From the NCBI GenBank assembly GCA_965285935.1, contig OZ260667.1:52204001-52268000 (forward strand): a stretch of 64,000 bases of DNA. The letters are read 5' to 3'. The notes below the pieces were generated by a model that saw only the letters and a program-made list of their open reading frames with translations, made no database searches and had not been told where the DNA came from. Shown here piece after piece: positions 56,401-64,000 of this stretch (its first letter is position 1; each line of letters starts with the position of its first letter). The translations under genes were made by a program, and so were the position numbers. Source of the stretch: Ophelia neglecta. Lineage: Eukaryota.

Positions 56401-59400
56401 CTATACTGGTTAACCATTATTACGTTGTTGGATCCAGGGAGAGTTGACAATCCGCTGGACAGGATGGTCTGACACTCCGTCTGGTATATTCAAGACTGAG
56501 CTCCACATCTACAAGATGGTCCCATATGGCCAGGACCTTGGTTATAGGACACAAGCACCTCTTGTGCAGAAAATGTTTGTTCCTAGTGACTCAACTTTCC
56601 AATTCACCATTAATCCAGAAGACAGAGGTGGGTAGCCCAATGTTGTAATCAAAATTCCGTTTGATAATAACGTAATAGATAGAAACAATATATTTTACTC
56701 TACACCAAGTGAAGACAAACATTCTCTTAAGGATCTAGTTTTTGTAGAATTCGACATGATACTCGCTTTTCAACTGATATTAATGTTGTCAGGTATGTTC
56801 TGTATATTGTTGACTGTTGATGACAATGCCGGTAACTATGTTGCTGCGAGGAGGTTTGTCCTGTATGATAATTATAGTAAAGTCACCATTGTGGACAGAA
56901 GTGATACAAAAATGTGGGTTGACTCAGCTGCTGCTAACACCTCCTATGTTTGAGTCACCAATCTCCAGGACACCAACAATGTTGGGCCACAGGTTGGTCA
57001 CGTGTCTGATATTCGCAATGTATCATTTAAGTAGAATTGTAAGTTATTCGGAAGTGTTATAGCATTGAACGATATTTGAAAAAATGATACGTTATTGTCT
57101 CACATAAAATCATTCATTAAATTATAAGGTTAATTTATGGTCCATTCAGGTAATGACAAAATGGCCCGGACACTTCATAAACCAATTCCATGTCGATCAT
57201 AAACTACTGAACGCCGTTGAGGCCCACAGTCCGGCGTCTGATATTGCCTACGAGGATATTCAAGGTCAGCCACCTCTTGTCAGGTCACGTGAGGCCATAG
57301 TAAACATTAACGGGATGGTCAAGTACCAGGTGGGATACCGAGTTGACCGTAAAGGAGGAGAAACTACTGTTCAACCTCCATCAACGTGGATGGACGTGAA
57401 TAAATTTATGGTGAATTACAATTATCTTTCTTTACTTCTATTTTTAAACACCCGTCTACTTTTTCTAGATGACTCTGTATTTCTGTTATGTATTAACAGA
57501 AAGCCTTGTTTTATGAGTTGATTATAGAGTGTCATGCAAATTCTTACCAAGAGTATCGTTGGGTCGGACTCGCCGATTTATCGTTAACAATTGGCTATGA
57601 ATTTGTCCATGTTCCCAAAGCGACCCTGTAGGCTATGCTGGAGTTGTCTTTCCCTATCGAGTCTACCTAAGGATTACATCAATGAAAAGTTCCGAAAGTG
57701 CTGCACAGTTCGACTGTCGTGGTCAGGCGTTACCGTCGTCTATCGCCTACCTCCTTCAGCTAAGAAAAAAGTTGACCACCAACCAGAATTAAGATGAGGT
57801 TTCAGATATTTTACAAGATAAGGCCTTGAAGATAAGGGGTGATTTCAATTTCTACTTAACATTACCCTCAGCAAGTCTTAATAGACATGCCCTGCTAAGG
57901 ATATGTCAGTTTTGAATTGCCCCAAAGTGCTTGGTATAGATCGCAACTTCGCTGCGCCTAGAAAATATCAGCATTTTTTGGAAATGCTGGATCGCCTATA
58001 CACCGTCAAATTGATGACTCTATGATAGACAACTCCAACCAGCTGTAACAGAAAACGTTAAAGTCGGAACAATTTCAAGGATCATCGATTCAAATTTAAT
58101 AAGCTTTTACATAGGAAAAATGGTCCCTAATTTGCCTAGCCTTGTACCATCCCGTAAGATGGACAATTTTTTTATGTCAAAATCAAAATGATGATACACG
58201 ATGAGCTTCCAACAAGTGGTCATCTAGTTGTCTGCTCTTGTGGCTATATCTGCCATCTGGCTAATTATCACAGTTGGATTTCTGAATAAACTAAATCTGA
58301 ACCCTTACAAGACTGACATTTTGGCGACGGACACAGGGTTGATATCCCATCTGTTCTTGTGGCTGGTCACACCATATCTGTGCGTAGTGCTCCTGTCGGC
58401 AATCCCGGGGCAATATTATATCCTGCCATGTCCAAGCTATAGCAGGTCACTAGTGTTACGAAAATTGTTAGCAGCCATTTGAAAGCTATAAGCCTTGCTT
58501 GTAGCTATTTAACTGGTGAATCAGCAAAGCAGGCGGGTGTCTCATTGGTCCTAGCAAGATTAGCTTATTGTAACGGGCTTTTGTGTAGTCTGCCATAGTA
58601 CCATTAGCAAGACGACAGAGGGTGCTGAATAGCGTAGCTCTTGTTCTCCTTGGGTACCTAGATCCCACCGGCAGGCACCAAATTAAAACCTTATGGTGAC
58701 CGAGCGTTGTCACACTTGATCCAAAACTATGAAATACTTTGCCTGTTGGTCTGTTAGTGTTCTTCACTTAAAACATTTCTATTTAAAGAAGCGTATAATG
58801 CATGATATAAGTGTTTGCTTTAAACCACTAATGTTCTAGTTCGTTTTCTCTAAATGCTTAAATGCGTAATTTTGTTTTAAAGGGTAGGTGTATGTCCCTT
58901 ATGATTTCTTAAAACTAAGCTGATGTACTAGCCTTAGATAGGCTAGCTCTGATCTTGACTAGAGTGATTACTTTTGAGCCTAATGTATTATTGTTGTTTT
59001 AGGAATGTTTTCATTTGCTCTATAAAATAAATATTATATTTGAACTCTCATTACCAGTTCTGAAATGGCAACAATCCTTCTGAAGTAAATTGTTTGTTTG
59101 ATAATATGCTTTCTTTGAGACACCGTAGGACGAAGAAGTATCAATGGATATACCTAGAACAGACGGAGACTCAGTACGTATCTTTATCAAGGGCTATGAC
59201 GTCATGAACAAAACGATAACGGATGACGTGTTAATACACGTGGACTCCTCACCACCAATCATAGAGAACGTTTGGCTGAGTAGACACGGACAAAGGTAGC
59301 TAAAATTCCATCACTCAATTTACTAATTCAATATGATGAACGAAACCTTCAAATCATAATATATATATATCCTACCTCGATTTTAATACATATATACTAC

Positions 59401-62206
59401 TATGACTTCTGGCTCCCAAATAGAACCCATAGACCCTCTGTTCAGTGATGACGGTGACTCTATCAGTGCTATTGAACCAACCTTTTTTGGAGCTGGGGAT
59501 GTAGCACACTGGATAGAGTCCCTGGTATCGCTGGGCAAGGTGAATGGTACCGCAAGGGTGGTGGGTTCGAGTCCCATCCAAGTCAGAACAACATTTGAAG
59601 TGTCAAAACACTCCAAAAATTTAAATTGTCGCATGGATTTCCGCAGTAAGTTTAAAAAGACCTATATGACCCAGCCTATAATGAGAAAATATATCCTGCC
59701 TCGATATATATATATATATATCCAGTTTTGCTCAAATATTATTAATGGGCACTTTGTTTCGGAAATAAATTCATCAACTGGTCGCACAAACATATTTGAA
59801 TTTAATCATAAGTCGGGTATATCATTAAGTTTTCTATTTCCTTTAATATCTTTCTTTGAAAATCCTATAAACCAATGACCCCCCCCCCCTCGCCCCTTAT
59901 TTTTCAGATTGGAAGTTGATATCATCGACCATCACTCAGGCATACAGCACGTCAAATGGGAGATGTACCACACCTCAGATCCCATCCTTGTTCATTTAGT
60001 AGGAACGGCAGATGTAGGTGTATTTTTTAATGTAAATAGGTTTTGTATTTGTAAATCTCCTGCTTTATTGTGTAAAATAAACACCTTTCTATATTTAGTT
60101 TGTTTTTTTGCTTTACGATTATATCCTTATGCTTTCTAAAATATAATGATTCTTACAGGTTAAAACCTGCAAACTACCAGACAAGGGATGTTATTGTATA
60201 CCCAAGGGAGAGTGTTTTCTGAAAAGGTTTACTTTATCGCCGACTGCAAAGGAATTGGAAGTTTCAAATGGGCATACCGTCTCTCTAATAACTGCAACAA
60301 ATTTTGCATTGCTACAGGCTGTCTATATCTACCAGGTTATAATTTTAATGCTGTTAGTTATGAAGTGAAGACATACAATTAACTATGCAGTATGTACGCA
60401 CGGCATTAGTTTCATGGTTTGTTCATTGGAACCTATCAAAAAGCACATTAACATGTATTACTATAGTTGAAGTCCAAACCCAAATTTACGCTCGACGCAT
60501 CAGTTCAGACACAATAATAATTTCTGTATTTTATTATACACTAATAGGGCATCTTAGATACAAGTCCCCCCTCAACGGGTATTGTTCATATCAACTCTTC
60601 TGTGTCTGATGATTTGGGAAATACGACTGTGTTAGCTTCATGGGAACAGTTCTTTGATGAGCAAAGTGGTGTTATTTTTTACCAATATGGGTTCTCTGAC
60701 AAATGTTTGACATCCAGTGCTTTCGCGGTGCCAGCACCAATGGGAGTAGGTGAATTTTTAGCATATAGTAAAAACAAGTCTAGCGTAACATTTACAATGA
60801 TCATCAGTTCAAAATCTACAACCATAAAGTTAATTAAATAACAAGTATAATTATATTGAATTAGAACACTTTCGCTATTATTTTGAATACTAACATTTAG
60901 TATAATACTTTTTTGTTTAGATCTATCAAACTAATAACACATTTGTAAACTACACTCTCACCGGATCTCAACCATTTTATCTGACATTGGTTGCCTACAA
61001 TGGTGCACTTGAGCCGTCAATCCCGGTGTGTTCCAGCGTGATTCCTAAACACTCGCTAGGTTTGTATATCCTAGTACATATTTAAGAGCTCATTGTTTAA
61101 ACGGTTGAAATCGTTTCTTGATTTTATCAATGTAATTGATGGGCTGAATCGTTGGTTTGGAATCACAATGGTGAAATGTTCTTGTTAAAAGTGTTTAAAC
61201 AAGCTGAATTTGATGAAGCATGTATTAGTTAATTCTTAATGTAATATGCGCGAATGTACTATCCTAAGCACAGATTTGTTTATTTGCAACAGATAAACTG
61301 TCAACGGGGGCATTCGTTGGAATTGGCATTTCCGTTGCTATTTTGATCATATTCACCATTATTGGCTTAATAGCTCTGTGCTTAAGGTAATATCTTGTTT
61401 CATTTGCTTGAATATATCGAAAAAAATGCATTGTGTACGTGAACTGATTGGGGTAAACAATCAAGTGAGGCCTACATTTTTTAGATACTCTTACTAACTA
61501 TCGCAAGGTATTCTATGAAACCTATCCAACACCTGACATGGGAACAAGGAGGTGTTTGAATGGATAGGTCCAATCCCATAAACATTTAAGTATAATATGG
61601 CATAGTATTTGTGGATTGGACACAGGAACACATCTGGAGTATAACGTAACCAAGTTTCTATCAATCTATTGACACTACAATAAATGAGCTCGAACAATGA
61701 TGTCTAGGATAAATCAAATGGCCATTAAGATATTTTTACCACGTATAAATATAAAATTAAGGTACAATAAAAAGGGATCATATGATAACACTGCAATGAT
61801 AATTAAATATGCTAAAACTGCATAATAATGTACAATTTATAAATGCCCACTTGTTATTGTATTGTTTAAGAATGCTATTCACAGATGCCGGAGTGCTCCA
61901 GCCGAACCCCCGCCTGTGTCTACTGTCAACCCGGCTTACGAGAACAGTAGTGTCCAACCTGATTTGAATGAACTGGACGAGACCTTGTATGAAACTATAT
62001 CGCCTGAAGCAGACAATTCACACGTATACGACACTATGCATCAAGGAAATTTTGCTCCGACCGTTTCAAAAGTGTCCCCAATTTATGAAAACATGGAAAG
62101 TCCAGCTCGACCTGTGAGGCAACATCTGTTTGGTCACATGACCACCAAGCGTATAATTGTTAGACACGGGCATGGTAGAGGTCATGATAATTGTCTTCCT
62201 TATTGA
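44094..62206 (+). CDS. Paralogue C: single-pass type I membrane protein of about 1,020 aa (SP - TSP1 - EGF-like - Cys-rich - shared scaffold - TM - Tyr-motif tail); may be compromised by an internal duplication
   Basis: Exons 44094-44436, 48720-48866, 49188-49298, 51474-51613, 51726-51843, 52001-52127, 52377-52593, 52842-53031, 53197-53396, 53554-53814, 59129-59295, 59908-60031, 60159-60335, 60548-60745, 60921-61059, 61293-61386 and 61885-62206. All phases match and the lengths sum to 3075 nt, a multiple of 3. The model requires skipping the duplicated exons in 55660-57410. Confidence 0.65.
44641..44710. repeat. (GT)n/(GCGT)n microsatellite
   Basis: tgtgtgtgcgtgcgtgcgtgcatgcgtgcgtgtgtgt... 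Confidence 0.85.
44808..44939. repeat. Minisatellite, six copies of a 22-bp unit
   Basis: Unit tttgtctgccggctattcaccc, six near-perfect head-to-tail copies with no spacers. Confidence 0.95.
46820..48640 (-). mobile_element. 5'-truncated, frameshifted CR1/L2-like LINE (RT to 3' end), antisense in intron 1 of gene C
   Basis: KATGPD..., WKSASVIPLHKK...NYRPISLLPCMSKVFE, NQSGFIPSDST.NQL, AFEKVWHKGLL.KL, GVPQGSVLGPLL, LFADDT, YVRPILEYGS and WNKLP are spread over several frames. Confidence 0.95.
48720..48866 (+). CDS. Cys-rich exon 2 of gene C (absent from gene B)
   Basis: HCLRISNCGQLYCTSGSNQRCKRCHYDKGGQIKAYILKNSGRYPNRICQ has six Cys, a tttag acceptor and a C|gttagt donor. Phase 1-1. Confidence 0.75.
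49700..50720 (-). mobile_element. Highly degraded non-LTR retrotransposon RT fragment
   Basis: Minus strand reads FICLLDAEKCFDSI*H, then LFYLFINALLLEL...GFQIG...FADDV. Confidence 0.7.
52064..55216 (+). repeat. Copy 1 of a recent internal duplication in gene C (intact exons)
   Basis: Near-identical to 55660-59019, with initial offset 3596. Starts mid-exon at atgctggtgtacaccattgtg and ends at aatgttttcatttgct. Confidence 0.95.
54040..55000 (+). mobile_element. Internally deleted L2-like LINE remnant in an intron (duplicated at about 57640-58800)
   Basis: Endonuclease-like VVYRLPPSAKK and GDFNF; KLNLNPYKTD (compare LKLNxxKTE); 3' end TYGDRA...PKLWNTLP...LKTFLFKEAY. Confidence 0.7.
55660..59019 (+). 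pseudogene. Copy 2 of the internal duplication: half an exon plus four exons, one carrying a nonsense codon
   Basis: Lacks the acceptor of the first exon. TGG has become TGA at 56951-56953. Retains about 210 bp (58411-58620) that is missing from copy 1. Confidence 0.85.
57640..58800 (+). mobile_element. L2-like LINE remnant, second copy
   Basis: Same motifs as 54040-55000, plus YCNGLLCSLP and RVLNSVA (compare DYCNSLLxGLP and LQRVQNxAAR). Confidence 0.7.
59492..59585 (+). mobile_element. tRNA-derived SINE head or tRNA pseudogene
   Basis: ggggatgTAGCACACTGG (A box) ... gtgGGTTCGAGTCCcat (B box and T-arm). The acceptor stem does not pair, so this is not a functional tRNA. Confidence 0.6.
61293..61386 (+). 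CDS. Transmembrane exon of gene C
   Basis: caacag|AT AAA CTG... translates as DKLSTGAFVGIGISVAILIIFTIIGLIALCLR, about 25 uncharged hydrophobic residues followed by a basic residue. Phase 1 in, phase 2 out (AG|gtaata). Not present in the ORF track. Confidence 0.85.
61885..62206 (+). CDS. Cytoplasmic-tail exon of gene C with four tyrosine motifs
   Basis: Phase-2 acceptor ttcacag|A TGC CGG matches the TM exon. Reads RCRSAPAEPPPVSTVNPAYENSS...ETLYETISPEADNSHVYDTM...SPIYENMESP. An AATAAA lies at about 62515. Confidence 0.8.
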
Positions 62207-64000
62207 ATCCGAACAGGGTATACGCAACCTATATTTTTAAAACTAGACAATGAATGTTTGTTAAAGCCAAGCACTGTGTACAGATAAACAGATGTTTAGG
62301 TAACACTGTTCTCGCAATTCTGGGAAAGATTAAATCTTGATTGTTAAAACCGATCTAGTTATACAGGATACGCCACTAACACTTACTGTAAAAGGGATAC
62401 ATGTTAGAGTTTATTAATATCTCTGGTTTGTAAAATGGTTAAATTAAAAGCGAAAATATGGAATGCATCCCGTGTTCCAGCCGATAGTTTTTCACAATCG
62501 TGAGATATAAATACAATAAACTAGATACATAAAATAAAATCCATTGTAATTTCTTGCAACGAATGTTATCTTAACTCAACTAACCAATGACACACGTTTT
62601 GGGTTAATACGAATATAAAGGGTTGAAATAACCCCGAAAATTTATAAATATGGTATGGTGCAAAACGGTCATTTTCCAAAGGGTATGCAAGCGAAAACGA
62701 AATTATATAAAGATAAGACATTTTGTCATTTTAAAGATGTTTCCTGGTTCAACCATTATATTTGGATAGTTATCGTACTATGAAAAAGGGCAGAGTCGAG
62801 GAAAAGTGAAATTCATATCTATGCAAGATTGGTCCCCCCCGGTCAATAAAACTCACAAAACTGTGCATATTCATATTGTAAGACTATTTTCAGACCAGAT
62901 GTGTATATCGATTGTGTAATATGGTTTCGACACCGGCAAGCAATGATACGATTTAGATTTTCTAACCATAGAGTGGCAATAGAAATACACATGGCTACTG
63001 TCTCGAAGGATAATGTTCTTTTAAATTTTTTGATAAAAAAGAAAGTAAACAATATTATCGCAATAACTGCTTACATTTAAACTTTCTTTCTGACGCACGA
63101 AGTATATAACAATTAAGTGTAGATTATTCTCCCAATTATTTTATTTGTAACCCTAGAATAATTTATTAATATTTTCGTTTATACATGTATATGTTAGATA
63201 GCACGTATACCCTGTTTATTTTAGAGCTTTTACTATATGCCGGCGGCCTCATGTATTTAGCCCAATGAAATTAGAAAGATTGGACTGACATATTAGCTTG
63301 GCTATCCAGTATTATAATGCAAAAAAATTATTTCTTACCTTAGATCATATGAATTACCCAATAAAGCAATTATATAAACCGTTATTTTGGCAATTACATA
63401 AATTCTTGATTCGTTAAACTATAGATTTGTCAGTTGTTCACACAGTGAACAAAGCATTTCCAGTTGCCATAGCCAGCGTTCATTTCTATTCGAATGATTA
63501 GTAAATAAATGTTTCGTTAAACAAATGTAAGAGATCGGGAAGTTGGCGCCGACATGCTAACACCATCTCAAATTTCCAGCCTTGGCTTAACATCACTGGT
63601 TGCCATAAAGTTTTTAGAAAACGGTAAATGAGAAGTAATATTTTAAGGGAGGAATATTATATGAACAGGATGACAATTACACGTCAGCTTAAAAATAAAA
63701 CCGCCAAACAATTTCAAACCTACCCTATCTTTGATGTGATTTAAAATCTATTGGATGATTCCCGTCTTGTACACACCATTAATACTCCAATGACATTCAA
63801 ACAGTAGCACATTGTTACAGGTTACTACAAAATCAGGTTATGCTTGTTTCCCAAAAGCGTAATAAGTAGTATTGTCATGCTAAAGTTTCCACAGCGCTAA
63901 TTTCCCAACTGTGACTATTGCCGATGACGACACATCTTTATCGAACGCTGCGTTAGGCTAAACTATATGATCAATAACCCATTGATAGACGAAGAGTCAA

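Noticed and set aside
59492-59585. Functional tRNA gene
   Set aside because: A and B boxes and a T-arm are present, but the acceptor stem (ggggatg versus ccaagtc) does not pair and there is no clear anticodon arm.
59402-59878. 158-aa ORF as a protein-coding gene
   Set aside because: It lies in an intron, spans the SINE head and an AT-rich/(TA)n tract, shows no motif, and has no homologue in B.

Overview
AT-rich eukaryotic DNA, probably from a marine invertebrate, with many small exons and GT-AG introns. The six-frame ORFs are mostly single exons running into introns. The window is a + strand tandem cluster of one uncharacterised gene family built on a shared scaffold: an EGF-like exon followed by FN3-like 'D-x-[TS]-P-P...W-x-G-F-x-D...Y-x-V-T-V-x-A-x-N...S-D-G-V' repeats. 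(A) 1-7167 is the 3' end of a giant paralogue with no membrane anchor. (B) 10555-40371 is an apparently complete gene of about 54 exons and about 3,400 aa: signal peptide (GC-AG intron), VWA domain with MIDAS, EGF-like, FN3-like repeats, a DUF642/CBM-like jelly-roll, more FN3-like repeats, no membrane anchor. (psiD) 42225-42955 is a decayed fragment of another paralogue. (C) 44094-62206 encodes about 1,020 aa with a different head (signal peptide-RRRRR-TSP1-EGF-Cys-rich exon) on the same scaffold. Its scaffold is cut short and spliced to a transmembrane exon and a cytoplasmic tail with NPxY, TxYxxI, YxxM and YENM motifs. The cluster therefore appears to pair giant secreted proteins with a signalling receptor, using interchangeable phase-1 N-terminal heads. 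It also shows patchy A/B homogenisation, a recent 3.2-kb internal duplication in C, and several LINE, Penelope-like, MITE and SINE remnants. All gene models were assembled by hand from splice sites and phase and are not transcript-validated.
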